From Mobula birostris (lineage: Eukaryota), in contig NC_092397.1 of assembly GCF_030028105.1 (NCBI RefSeq), positions 20,656,630-20,720,629 of the forward strand: 64,000 bases of DNA. Reading direction: 5' to 3'. The notes under the pieces were generated by a model. The model did not search any database. It saw only the letters and a program-made list of their open reading frames with translations, and was not told where the DNA came from. Below are positions 1 through 13,289 of this stretch, piece after piece; position 1 is the stretch's first letter, and the number at the start of each line of letters is the position of its first letter. Made by a program: the position numbers and the translations under genes.

Positions 1-689
1 ACTTTATAAATTCATTAACGTGCGCATCTGCTTTTTGTGCAATACTGTCTATCATATGTCACTGTGGAGTGTGAAGGAAACACTTCAATATAACACACCA
101 TTTTAGTTCAGAGTGCATAAAAGTCTCCATATTGCTCATTCTGCCATCGTGCTAGTGAGAGGTTTACACCTGCCTCGTCGAGTACTCAGGAGACACGACT
201 GGGGTGGGCTTTGTTGTAACCGTACCTGTGGGAGGCAGGGGTACAGCAGGTTCCTACTACTTCCTACTCAGACATTGGTACGAGTTGTGTCTTGTTACAC
301 ACTGAGGTAGACCCGATTACATTTTCCTGTTCTTTCTGAGGCTTTTTTCTCTAACTTTATTTCATCTTCTTTGCTCTTACTGTGAGAAGCAACCAATTAT
401 TTTTGCATTTCGCTCCAGGTGAACACCACAGGGCAGCTGAAAGTTTCCTCACACCTTTCTCCTTATATCTGTACTTCTGCAAGCGCTCCCTTCTTCCATT
501 CCACCCACTGCTCAACACACTTCATTCTGTCTGCTCCATGTGTGAACACACAGGCCACCGGAGTTCTCTTAGATGTCCAGGACAGTGACTCTCACGTGAC
601 CATTCAGACACATAATCAGGGCACTCACTCATACTTCAGAATTCCCTTTCTTTCGTGCATCATGGGGTCAAATCCACCCCAAGGCATAT

Positions 690-1470
690 GCATCATGACC
701 AACGGGATTCCATACCGGAGGTGGCAAATCCTACAAAGGGTAGTGGATTCGGCCCGGTATATCACGGGTGAAACCCTCACAACCACTGAGCACATCTACA
801 TGAATCATTGCCGTAGGAAAGCAGCGTCCATCGTCAAAGATCCTCACCACCCAGGCAATGCTCTTTTCTCACTGCTGCCATCAGGTAGAAGGTACAGGTA
901 CCTCAGGACTCACACCACCAGGTTCAAGAACAGTTACTACCCCTCAACCATCAGTGTCCTGAACAAAAGGGGATAAATACACTTATTTAAGAGCTCTGTT
1001 ATATTGTTATGTCATACTCGTTATTTATTGTAATTTATCTTTCTTCGTTTGCACAGTTTGCTTACAGTTTATCGTTCCTCATATTTACAATTTACAGTTA
1101 TTGTTCTGTAGATTTTGTTAAGAATGCCCACAGAAAAGGACTCTCAGGGTTGTAGAAACATAGAAAACCTACAGCACAATGCCGGCCCTTCGGCCCACAA
1201 AGTTGTGCCGAACATGTCCTTTCCTTAGAACTACCTTGGCTTATCCATAGTCCTCTATTTTTCCAAGCTCCATATATCCATCCAGGAGTCTCTTTAAAAA
1301 CCCTGTCGTTTCCGCCTGCACCACGGCCGCCGGCAGCCCATTCCACGCACTCACCACTCTCTGCGTAAAAAACTTACCCCTGACATCTCCTCTGTACCTA
1401 CCTCCAAGTAGGTTGTACAGTATCTGGTTTCACGTATGTACTGTCAGAATAAATTGTACTTTGAACTATA
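690..1470 (+). mobile_element. Rex1/Babar-type non-LTR retrotransposon 3' end, interrupted by a CR1 fragment
   Basis: Translation LQRVVDSARYITG...KDPHHPGNALFSLLPSGRRY...TRFKNSYYP matches the C-terminus of Rex1-type ORF2. An AT-rich tail follows. Confidence 0.75.
1155..1410 (-). mobile_element. CR1 LINE 3' fragment with GGTTGTA target-site duplication
   Basis: Typical CR1 3' end (FFTQRVV region plus GGCCGAAGGGCC...TTTCTATG tail). GGTTGTA flanks it at 1148-1154 and 1411-1417. Confidence 0.75.
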
Positions 1471-1789
1471 TGGTGACATATAAATACTATAATAACAACT
1501 TGCCTGGGTTTAACTTTTGACTTTGACAATATTTTTTCGTGACGCTCTTTTTTCACGGAGTGTTCAGTGATCCAGTTACAACGTGTTTTGCCGAAAATTA
1601 CAAAAGTTTATCCACACAAAAATATACACTATACAAACATTAAATATTTCTAAGACCGTGAAGAGTCAAATTAAAATATGAATATTACTGTCTATAACAC
1701 ACTCGATTTCTGTGGGGGTGGGACACCGATGCCGGAAATCTCCCACAGTCCCCATTCTATTTACAATGTTCGCAAGTTCCCCAGCTGAT

Positions 1790-2040
1790 CCAGTGATTGA
1801 CAGCTCCCGCCGCCCCTCCGGCACGTGACACAATATGAATACGACAATGGCGAGCTGACGTCACAGAGGGCCCTCCTTCACCGACATCGTTTCCTGGGAA
1901 ACGGCCCGGTCCGGGGCTGGGCGGTAAATCCGGGATGGACAGGACGGCTCTGCAGAGAAGTGGAGTCGGTCTCTACTTGTTGGGGTTTCGGCTCCGCTGT
2001 GGGATCCGCCTCTCCTCTTCCTGCCCGCGGAACAGTGAGT
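1790..2040 (+). promoter_or_regulatory. CpG-rich promoter / putative first exon (module A)
   Basis: TGATTGACAG (1794-1803), CACGTG (1822-1827), TGACGTCA (1856-1863), RFX X-box-like GTTTCCTGGGAAAC (1889-1902) and donor-like ACA/GTGAGT (2035-2040). Paralogous to 33914-34570. Confidence 0.6.
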
Positions 2041-2439
2041 GTCTGTCAGCGCCTCACTGCACCGGCTCTCTGCCTCAGGTACAATATTTAAAACATATTT
2101 GCACAGTCACATGGATGGGAAAGGTTGAGAGGGATACGGCCCTAATGCAGGCAGATGGGACGAGTTCAGGTCGACAACTTGGTCGGCGTGGATGAGTTGT
2201 ACGGAAAGGACTGTTTCAGTTCTGTATAAACCAGTGACTCTATTTTGGGAGGTTAAGCCAGGGCAGGATGTACACAGTGAACGACAGGTTCCGGGGAAGT
2301 TTTCATGAACAGAGACTTTATGGGTTTCTGCCCCCCACACCTCCGGCGGCTCATTCGGGATACCAATTATTCTCTGTGTGAAGTATTTACACTTCAGATC
2401 CCCTTTTCACTGTGACCTTAAAACTATTCCCTTTAGTTT

Positions 2440-3260
2440 TAAAAAGCCAGTCAGGATGCTGTCAATCGTGCCCCTATAGAAAGTTTTTACGATTTGGGTT
2501 CCACACCAAATTTCTTCAACCGTCTGAGGTGAAAGATGCGCTGTTGTGCCGTTTCCCCACACAGCCGGTAAGCACAGACCACGTGTGATCCTTGGTGATG
2601 TTTATGCCGAGGAGCTTAAAGGTGTTCACCCTCTCAACCCCAGATCCATTGATGTCAATAAATGTCTCCATTCATCCTGTAGTTCACAACCAGCTGCTTT
2701 GTTTTTGCGATATTGTCGGAGAGGTTGTTTTCTTGACACCACTGTGTCAGGGTGATGATTTCTTCTCTGTAGGTTGCCTCATAATTATTTGAAATTAGGC
2801 CAATCTGTGCAGTGTCGTCAGCAAATGTAATCAGCAGATTGGAGCTGTGGGTGGCGACACAGTCATGGGAGTAGAGAGAGTAAAGAAGGGAGCTCAGTAC
2901 ACAGCCCTGAGGGGCACCTGTGTTGTGGGTCAGAGGGACAGCGGCGAGGGAGCCCACTCTTACCACCTGCCAGCAATCTGACAGGAAGTCCAGGATCCAG
3001 CTACAGAAGGCAGGATGAAGGCTGATGTCTCTAAGCTTCTTGTTGAGGCTGGAGGGAATTATGGTGTTGAATGCTCAAGTGTAGTCCAAGAACAACATTC
3101 TGACGTAAGCATCCCTCTTCTCCACGGGCAATGTGCAGAGCTGTGACTATTGCATCAGCTGTTGATCGGTTGTGTCAGTAGGCAAATTGGGGGTCCCGTG
3201 TTCGTGTCAGCACACTGCAGATGTAGTCCTTGCCCACCGTCTCAAAGCATTTATTTATTA
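2440..3260 (-). mobile_element. Rex1/Babar RT fragment
   Basis: NTGAPQGCVLSSLLYSLYSHDCVA...FADDT RT motifs, degenerate. Confidence 0.8.
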
Positions 3261-3274
3261 TTGAAGTGAGTGCG

Positions 3275-3850
3275 ACAGGAGATTGTGGGATTGAGTTCAA
3301 GAGCTGTGAGGTAAAGCCCTTGGTCAGACCCCACTTGGAGTTCTGTGTTCAGTTCTGGTCACCTCACTACAGGAAGAATGTGAAGAGGAGTGCAGAGAAG
3401 ATTTACAAGGATGTTGCCTGGATTGGAGAGCATGCCTTGTGAGAATAGGTTGAGTGAACTTGGTCTTTTCTCCATGGAACAATGGAGGATGAGAAGTGAC
3501 CTGAGAGAGGTGTACAAGATGATGAGAGACATTAATCTTGTTGATAGTCAGAGGTCCTTTCCCAGGGCTGAAATGGCTAACACGATGGGGCATAGATTTA
3601 AGGTGCCTGGAAATAGGTACTGAGGGGTTGTTAGGGGTAAGTTTTTCACACAGAGTGGTGGATGTGTGGAATGCACTGCTGGCGATGGTGGTGGAAGCGG
3701 ATAAAATAGCGTTTTTTAAGAGCCTCTTACACAGGTACATGGAGCTTAGAAAAATAGAGGGTTCTGCACTAGGGAAATCCTAGGCAGTTTCAAGAGTAGG
3801 TGACATGGTCAGCGCAACATTGTGCTGTAGATTTCTATGTGTTCTATGAA
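3275..3850 (+). mobile_element. CR1 LINE 3' fragment
   Basis: LVRPHLEFCVQFWSPHY, QRRFTRMLPGL motifs and CR1 tail. Confidence 0.85.
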
Positions 3851-4867
3851 TAAATAAATTACAGTCAATAATTTATATGTATATTAAATAGTAAAAATAG
3901 TGCAGAAACTGATATAAAATATATGTGTTTTAAAAAGCGAGGTAGTGTCCAAAGCTTCAGTGTCTGTTTAGGAATCGGATGGCAGAGGGGCAGAAACTGA
4001 TCCTGAATCACTGAGTGTGTGCCATCATTTCCAAAATATCCCCACCACTAATGTATGAGTCACCAGGGTATAGTTTCCTGTCTTGTCCCTATTGCAGTTC
4101 CTAAAAAGGGAAAGAATATTTGTCATTTTCCACTCTTCTGCATCCTGGCCTGTAATTAAAAAAGCATCAGTTTGGAATTTTGTTAAATTTTTCACCATAT
4201 TTAATCCCTCAACCATCAGGTTTTTGAACCAAAGTTCAAAGTACATTTATTATCAATGTATGTTTATATTCTACAAACTTGAGGTTCGTTCCAAACAGGC
4301 TGCCATAAAACAAAGAAAGCCAAAAGAACCCACTGATAAAATAAGACTGTCAAACACCCAATGTGCAGAAAGGAAAATAAATCATGCAAACAATAAACAC
4401 AAGCAAATACTGTAGCATTTTGAACTGAAATCCTCAGAGAGTCCGTCCACAGATGCTTAGTTCAGCACAGAAAGGAGCAACGAGCTGAACCGGCTGGTCC
4501 CTGGCCTCGGGCCCAACACACTGACCATTTCAATCTGGCCTGGCACCGAAATCATCATCCAAACACTGGGTTCAGTTGCTTCGATATGATCTGGGGCCTG
4601 GTCCCCGCTGCTTCCATTTGGCCTGTACCTGACTTTTCCATTTGGGCCCGGCGTTTATATCAAACGAACTTCGTGTCTTCCTCACTGTCAGTGACGGGTC
4701 CGCTGCCTCACCTCCGTTCTGCCACATCAAATTGCCTCTAAGTCCAAAGGGAAGTTACAGGCTATTCATTTACTAGAAAAAGAGATTCACCAGTGTCACC
4801 TTAAACCAGAACCAGTGGAGATAACTCGGTTTAACTTCACTTAACTCATCACAAACTGTTTCCCACA

Positions 4868-5345
4868 ATTACGAGGTTAATTCCCGGGATGGCAGGGCTA
4901 TCATATGTTGAAAGATTGGAGCGACTGCGCTTGTATACACTGGAATTTAGAAGGATGAGAGGGGATCTGATTGAAATGTATAAGATTATTAAGGGATTGC
5001 ACACACTAGAGGCAGGAAACATGTCCCCGATGTTGGGGGAGTCCAGAACCAGAGGCCACAGTATAAGAATAAGGGGTAGGCCATTTACAACGGAGTTCAG
5101 GAAAAACTTTTTCACCCAGAGAGTTGTGGATCTGTGGAATTCTCTGCCTCAGAAGGCAGTGGAGGCCAATTCTCTGGATGCTTTCAGGAAAGGGTTAGAT
5201 AGAGCTGTTAAAGATAGTGGAGTCAAGGGATATGGGGAGAAGGCAGGAATGGGGTACTGATGGTGGATGACCAGCCATGATCACAGTGAATGGCAGTGCT
5301 GGCTCGAAGGGCCGAATGGCCTACTCCTGCACCTATTGTCTGTTT
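4868..5345 (+). mobile_element. CR1 LINE 3' fragment
   Basis: RRMRGDLIEMYKIIKG...FFTQRVVDLWNSLP and GGCCGAATGGCCTACTCC tail. Confidence 0.85.
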
Positions 5346-5527
5346 CTGTTGACTCACTTCCACAACCTCTGCATCTTATGTTCTCTATTTATTTCTCATT
5401 TCTCTATGATTATTATTATTTTATCTCTTGTATTTGCACACATTGTTGTCATTTACACATTGGTTATTTGGTTACTGGGTTGGGTGCGGTCTTTCATTTA
5501 TTATGTTGTGATTCTTGGATTTACTGA

Positions 5528-8500
5528 GTAAGACCATAAGACATAGCAGCAGAATTAGGCCATTTGGCCTATCGAGTCTGCCCCACCATTCAATCATGGC
5601 TGACCCTTGTTTCTCCTCCTCAACCTCACTCCTCGGCCTTTTTCCTGAAGCCTTTGATACCCCATCCAGTCAAGAAACTATCAAACTCTGCCTTAAATAC
5701 ACCCAACGACCTGGCCCCCACAGCTGCCTCTGGTAATAAATTCCACAAATTCACCACACTCTGGCTAAAGAAATTTCTCTGCATCTCTGTTTTAAATGGG
5801 CGCCCCTCTACCCTGAGGCTGTGCCCACTTGTCTTAGACTCCCTCGCCATGGGAAATGGGAAACGTCTTTTCCACATCTTCTCTGTCTAGTCCATTCAAC
5901 ATTTGAAAGGTTTCAATGAGATCCCCCCTCATCTTTCTAAATTCCAGTGAGTACAGACCCAGAGCTATCAAACATTTCTCAGAGGCTAACACTCTCAATC
6001 CTGGAATCATCCTTATGCACCTCCTCTGAACCCTCTCCAATGCCACTACATCTTTTCTGAGATGAGGAGCCCAAAATTGTTCACTGTCGTCAAGGTGAGG
6101 TCTCACCAGTGCCTTATAAAGCCTCAACATCACATCCCTGCTCTTATATTTGAGACCCCTTGAAAGGAATGTTAATTATAGTATTTGCCTTCCTCACCAC
6201 CAGCTCTATCTACAAGTTAACCTTTAGGTTGTTCTGCACGAGGACTGCCAATTCCCTTGGCATCTCAGATTTTTGGATTTTCTGCCCATTTAGAAAGTCT
6301 ACACATTTATTTCTACTACCAAAGAGCATGACCATGCATTTTCTGACATTGTATTTCATTCGCTACTCTCCTGCCCATCTCCTGATCTGTTTAAGTCCTT
6401 CTGCAGCCGACCCATTTCCTCAACACTACCTGCCCCTCCACCAGTCTTCATATCATCTGCAAACTTGACAACAAAGCCATCTATTTCATCATCTATATCA
6501 TTGATATACAGCATAAAAAGAAGCGGTCGTAACACTGACTCCTGCAGAACACCACTACTTACTGGCAAGCAACCAGAAAAGGATCCTTTTATTACCACTC
6601 GCTGCCTTCTCCCAATCAGTCAATGCTTGTAACTTTCCTGTAATACCATGGGCTCTTAATGTGGTAAGCAGCCTCATATGTGGCACCTTGTCAAAGGCCT
6701 TCTGAAAGTCCAAATATACAACATGGCAGCATCCCCTTTATCTATCCTACATGTAATCTTCTCAAAGAATTCCAACAGGTTCATCGGGCAAGATTTTCCC
6801 TTAAGGAAACCATGCAGTATTTGTCCTATCTTGTTCTGTGTTTCCAAGTACTCGAGAACTTCATCCTTAACAATTGACTCCAACAACTTCCCAACCACTG
6901 AGTTCAGGCTAACTGGTCTATAATTTCATTTCTGTTGCTTTCCTGGAGTCTTAAAGAGTGGGCTGACATTTGCAGTTTTCCAGTTATCTGGCACCATGCT
7001 AGAATCCAATGATTTTGAAAGATAATTACTAATGCCCTCACAATCTCTATTGCTATCTCTTTCAGAACCGTAGGGTGCAGTACATCTGGTCCGAGTGACA
7101 TGTACCTTCAGGTCCTTCAGCTTTTTGAGCACCTTCTCACTTGCAATTGTAACTGCACTGACTTCTCTTCCCTCACACCTTTACACCCTTTAAGGTGGGG
7201 GGTAATATGGGATGGAGAGTTTAAGGGACACCACAACATTGTGGGCTGAAGGGCCTGTATTGCGCTGTACTATTCTATATTCAATATCTGGCACACTGCT
7301 AGTGTCTTCTGCAAAGACTGATGCAAAATACCCATTTAGTTCATTAGCCATCTCCTTGTCCCCCTTTATTATTTCTCCACCCTCGTATTCCAACGGTCCT
7401 ATATCCACTCTCATCTCTCTGTTATTTTTAACACACTTGAGAAAACTATTACTATGCACTTTGATATTGTTTGCTATTTGTTTTCACATTTCATCTTTTC
7501 CCTCCTGTTATTCTTTCTGTCGGCTTTTAAAAGCTTCCCAATCCTCTGTCTTACCACTAATTTTTGCATTGTTGGATGCACTTTCTTTTGCTTTTACATT
7601 AGCTGTGACTTCCCTCATCAGCCCCATTTTACCATTTGAGTGTTTCTTCATTTTTTGGAAAACATCTATCCTGCATCTTCCTCATTTTTCCCACAAACTC
7701 ACACCATTGCTTCTCTGCTTGATCCCTGCCAGCATCTGCTTCCAATTTACTTTGGCCAACTCCTCTCTCATACCACTGTAATATTCTTTACTTCACTGAA
7801 ATACTGATACGTCAGACTTTTCTTTCTTCCTATCAAATTTCAAGTTGAACACAATCATATTGTCATCACTGTTTCCTAAGGATTCTTTTACCTTAAGGTC
7901 CCTAATCATCTCAGGTTCATTATATAACACCCAATCTAATGTAGCTGATCCCTGTTCTAAAAAGCCATCTTGTAGGTATTCAACAAACTCACTCCCTTGA
8001 GATCTATTTCCAACCTGATTTTCCCAATCTATCTGCATGTTGAGATCTCCCATGACTATCATAACATTGCTCTTTGGCACGTCTTTGCTATTTCCTGTTG
8101 TAATCTGTGGTCCATATCCAGGCTACCGTTTGGAGGCCTGTATATAACTGCCATCAGGGTCCTTTTACCCTTGCAGTTTCTTAACTCAATGCAGAATGAT
8201 TCAGCATCTTCTGATCCTCTATCACATCTTTCTACTGAATTGATGCCACCCCCTCTGCCTACCTTCCTATCTCTCTGATACAACATGTAACCTTGGACAT
8301 TTAGCTCCCAACTGCAAGCATCCTTCTGCCACGACTCAGCGATGGCCATGACAGCATGTCTGACAATCTGTAATAGGGCAATAAGATCATCCACCTTATT
8401 TCTTATACTCTGTGGGTAGAGATATAACACCCTGAGTACAGTATCGCTACCCTTTGATTCTGCATCCCTCATGCACTGATACCCACCCTGCTGGCTGCGG

Positions 8501-8655
8501 TGATGTCCTATCATCTGCCTGCCCTTCCTGACAGTCTAATTGCATGCTATCTTTGCTTTTTTACCCTCCATCCTATCCTGAGTGCCTTCACTCTGGTTCC
8601 TACAACCCCACCCTTGCCACATTAGTTTAGCCCTCCCCTACCGCTCTAACAAACC
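5528..8655 (-). mobile_element. Degenerate CR1 ORF2 (endonuclease + RT + 3' end)
   Basis: Fragmented ORFs in the expected order: SIRNKVDDL, YRPPN, GDLN (APE); GVLQESVL, KFADD (RT); LVRPHL. Confidence 0.85.
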
Positions 8656-8924
8656 AGCAGTATACCCAGAAGAAAACTAATCTCAGGGTTGTATATGGTG
8701 ACAGAAATATATTTTGATAATGCATTTAACTTTCAGCTTTGAACTTTGTAGTAGAGAGCCGGGTGTTGTACTGGTCTGTGTCCTCACTGGCTGGTGCTGT
8801 GCTCTGGCAGCTCAGTGTGCTTGGTATATGGTGTCAGTGTTTTTACTGAAGTGTGTCCTTATTAGACAATTGACCTTGTCCAGCCTGGAGCTGAGAAGAT
8901 TCACTGGCGACCAGAATGATTTGT

Positions 8925-10320
8925 TTTGGTCACCCTGCTGTATGACAGACACCATTAGCTGGAAAGAGTGCAGAGGAGATTTGTGGAAAGGATTTTAGAC
9001 AATTTTCCCTGGAATGTTGGAGAATGAGTTCTGATATTGCAGAGGCGTATAAATTCATGAGGAATCTGGGTTGGGTCAAAGAGAACAGTCTTTTTGCCAG
9101 TGTTGGGGAATCAAGAACTGGAGGGCATTGGTTTAAGATGGGATGTAATAGGGACCTGAAGGGCAACTTTTCCACACACAGACTGGTCAGTAAATGGAAT
9201 GAGCTGCTATGGGGAGTGGTTGAGTCAGCTACATTAAAAAGGCACTTAGGCGGGTAGATGGAAAGGAAAGGTTTTGAAGGATATGGGTCAAATGGAAGGA
9301 AATGAGACAAGGGGGAGGACAACCTTGTTCATAATGTGGTGGTGAGGGGGTTACAGATCACAAGCTCAGATGGGAACTTTGGTCAGCATGGACTATTTGA
9401 GCTGAAGGGCTCGTTTCTGTGCTGTGTGAATTTGTCTGTAAACCCTGGTGACTTATTTCAATGACATTAAACTTTTCTAAATGACATTATTTCTTTATAG
9501 ATTATAGACTCCAGTACCTGAAGTGAAGTTAACTGGACTACAGTTACCTGCTTTTCATCTTTCACCCATCTTCAACAATGGTTTTCAACTCCACTGGGAC
9601 CTTTCTGTAACACTGAGTTTTGACAGACTTCAATGTCTCTACTTTCTCTCCAGACTTCCTGTGAAAGCCTCCAGTGCAGGTCTTTGGGACCAAGTAATGT
9701 TTGCGTTTAGTCCCATTAGTTTTTTCCCTCGTGATGGTGATTGTTACGCATTATGGCACAATATTGAAATGTCACCATCTGTGGGATGTTTGCTGCGCTG
9801 GCACTGTGAACACTAATGCAAATTACTGGAGTTAACTTCTCTGCTTTTTCCTTGTTAGTTTTAGTTTTTGTCTCATCACTGGTTCCTGGAAAAGTCCTGA
9901 TCTTCTTGTCTGCCTCCTTTGACCACAGAATGTTCTTTGCTGTCTGTGATCCCTCCATCTAATCGGGATCAACGTCTGCTGAGTGTTACGAACACTCTCT
10001 CCTTAAACATCTGCCACTGCTCATTACTGACCTGTCCCTAAGCCTACTTACCCCATCTGCCCCAGACAACTCCACTGTCACGTCTCTGTAATTGTCTTTA
10101 TTTAGGTTGAGGACACTGGTTCTGACCTGGTGTTCACCCTCAATCTGTGGTCTGGAGATCTCCCACATTGTGATCACTTCTTCAGGGATCCTTCACCACA
10201 AGATCTCTCTGTAATCCCACCTCACTGCACAGATTACATCTGAAATGGCCCATTCATGGGTAAGATACTGCTGTAGGAAACTGTCTCTGACCATTTCACA
10301 AATTCCTCTTCCACTGTACC
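8925..10320. mobile_element. Old CR1 fragments in both orientations (shared with the inverted copy at 62.4-63.3 kb)
   Basis: Degenerate CR1 3' end (+) and RT/endonuclease pieces (-). Confidence 0.6.
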
Positions 10321-10354
10321 AGTTAGATTAGCTTAATCAATACACAGACTGAAG

Positions 10355-10865
10355 CAAACACACAGAAAATGCTGGAGGAACTCAGCAAACAGTTGACATT
10401 TCGGGCTGAGAACCTTCATCGGGATTAGAAAGAAAGGGACAAAAGCCAGAATAAGGTGGTGGGGGAGGGGGAGGAGGACAAGTGAGGGGTGGGGAACATG
10501 TGGTTTGTGGAGGGATGATGATGTGAGGAGCTGGGTGACAGGCAGAAAAGGCAAAGAGATGGAGGGAAAGAAATCTAATAGGAGAGAATGATGGACCATG
10601 GGATGACACGGAGGAGGTGGGGAACCAGAGAGAGTTGATGAGCAGGTCATGAGGGTGCGTGAGGAGAGGTGGCAAAAGTCAGAAGAAAAGTAGTAGTTCA
10701 CTGGGGGGGGGGTGTGGAAACAGAGGGTAATGATTTCTTGAATTTGGAGAAATCAGTGTTCATGCCTTCGAGGTCGGAGGCTGCACAGTCAGAATATGAG
10801 GATTTGCTCATCCAACCTGTACTTGGCCTCACTGTAGCGGGAGAGGAGGCCGTGTACGGACATGT
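10355..10865 (-). mobile_element. Penelope-like element 3' fragment
   Basis: Similar to the ends of 17640-18750 and 36285-37988. Degenerate hammerhead-like motif near 10388-10427. Confidence 0.65.
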
Positions 10866-10869
10866 TGGT

Positions 10870-11450
10870 GATGGCCCTCTGCAGGTCAGGGTCGATCATG
10901 GATATTGCACCCTAGTGTCAAAGTCAGTATGCAAGTCAGGGAAGTAAGGTATGTAAAGCAAGCAGTTGCCCATGCAGGGGCTCCTGTTCTCCACACAGCT
11001 GATGAATGCAAAGCAACGGCAGAGACCGATGCAGTCAGGCACCAGCGGTGTTGCAGGATTGCCAGTCTGCATTGAACACAGGACCGACAGGGAATCCAGC
11101 TCCGGATTGTTCCTCAGGGTTTACTCCCGAAGTCTTCCCATGAATGGGTCTAGCCACAGCCCAGTGGAGGTTTGAGATCAGAATTTTTCTTCCACTGGAT
11201 CTGCCAAGTATGGCTGAGGAGCCTCATCTGCCCATAGCGGTTGGTTATATGATGGCAGTAAACCCATTTGCATCTTCCCCTGTCATTAGAAACAGTTTGT
11301 CGGATGTCGTAGCTAAGCCATATGTAAAAGCCAGGAGCTGGACTTGGTTGACAGAGACAATCTGAGGCACACACCGTTGGCGGCATTTAATTGGAAGTGG
11401 GAGCTTGTCCCATTATTACCCCACCACCGGTTAAAACAGCTGTAAGGGAC
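10870..11450. mobile_element. Interspersed repeat, possibly derived from an RTE-type 5' region
   Basis: No ORF. Resembles RTE-associated leader sequence by recall only. Absent from the duplicated arm. Confidence 0.3.
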
Positions 11451-11728
11451 CGATATGTCGATATGTGAATCGGAAACTCAATTGGAATGGGTTGTCACCA
11501 GCAGATCGTGGTTGTAGCAGCTCACAGAGCAAAGATACTCGATGCAGCGCTACCCTAATCTGCTTCTGATTAAATCTCTCATGACAATCACAGTTCCATT
11601 CTCATCTCTCTTTGATATTTCCCCTCTTTGTGTTTTATCCCATCAGGAGGAACACCTGAGGATCTTGAGACCACTCCTCCCCATGTCTTCTTTCCCTCCC
11701 CCTTTCACCATGACTGTCGCTACATGTA

Positions 11729-13076
11729 AAGTGCCGATGAAAAGTATTCACGCCCCTTGGAAGTTTCCGTCTTTTATTGTTTCACAACATTGAATCACTT
11801 TGGTTGAATTTGGCTTTTTTTTATACTGATCAACGGTAAAAAAAACTCATTTGTGTCAAAGTGAAAACAGATCTCTAAATTAATTACAGATATAAAAACA
11901 TAAAACAATTGCCTGTATAAGTATTCACCCCTTTTAATATGACACACCAAATCATCACTGGTGCAGCCACTTGGTTTTAGGAGTTACATAATCAGTTTAA
12001 TGGAGATCACCATATGTAGTCAAGGTGTTTCAATTGATTGTAGTAAAAATATGTCTGTTTCTGGAAGGTCCAACTACTGGTGAGTCAGTATCCTGGGAGA
12101 AACTACACCATGAAGACAAATTAACACTCCAAGCAGCTCTGCAAAAATGCTTTGGAAAAACACATGTCAGGAGATGGATTCAAGTCACTAAATACCCTTG
12201 GAGTACAGTTATGTCACTCATCCAGAAATGGGAGGAATGTGGCACAGCTGTAAATCTGCCAAGAGCAGGCCATCCTCAAAAACTGAGTGACCGTGCAAGA
12301 AGGGGACCAGTGAGAGAGGCTCCAAGTGACCTGTGACAACTCTGGAGGAGTTACAAGCTGCAGTGGCAGAGATGGGAGAGACTGTGCACACAACAACTGT
12401 TGCCCAGGTGCTTCACCAGTTGCAGCTTTTTGGGAGAGGGGTGAAGCGAAAGCCACTGAAAAATGCTCTCATGAAGCCTTGCCTGGAATTTGCCAGAAGT
12501 GACAGACCCTGAAGTCAGCTGGAAGAAGTTTCTATGGTCTGATATAAACAAAATTGCCCTTTTTGACCATCAAACTGAACACTAAGTTTGGCGGAAGCCA
12601 GTGACCACAAACACAAAACCAAAGCTACACAGGAACGCCTTAAAACAAAGTTAATGTCCTGCAGTGGCCAAGTCAGGGTCCAGACCTCAATCTAATTGTG
12701 GCTGGACTTGAAATGGACAGTTTGTGCACAAACTGCATGCATTCTGACAGATCTTCAGCAGTTTTGTGAAGAAGGGGAAAAATCGCAGTTTCCAGGTGTG
12801 CAAAGCTGATAGAAACCTATCCACACAGAGTCTACTATGATTATTGCCAAAGGTGCATCAACTAATTACTGACTTGAAGGAGGTGAATACTTATCCGTCA
12901 ATTATTTTGTGTTTTATATTTGTAATTAAATTAGATCCCTTTTTAAAGATCTTTTCATTTGGACACCACAGTGTCTTCTCTGATGATCAGTGTTTTAAAT
13001 TAAATCCACTATGATTCAATGTTGTAAAACAATAAAACATGAAAACATCCAGTGAGACTAAATACTATAGGCACTG
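11729..13076 (+). mobile_element. Tc1-like DNA transposon (IR/DR type), internally deleted
   Basis: TA flanks, ~200-bp TIRs ending CACTG|TA, inner direct repeats AGTATTCACCCC, and transposase remnants (NLPRAGHPQKLS, LWSD). Confidence 0.85.
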
Positions 13077-13289
13077 TATCCACCCCCTCACCAGCACATT
13101 ATGAACAAATCCACTCTTCTCCTTTCCATTTTGCCGATTCCGTGTGGAACATGAAACATGATGGAAGGTTGAGTTCCCAGTCCCAGTCCCTGTAACCATG
13201 TCCCTGCAATACCTGGTAGATCAAACATATTCGTCAAAACGCAATCTGGAATAGATGGCAACCTGCCCCTTGGCCCACAATATACGTGC

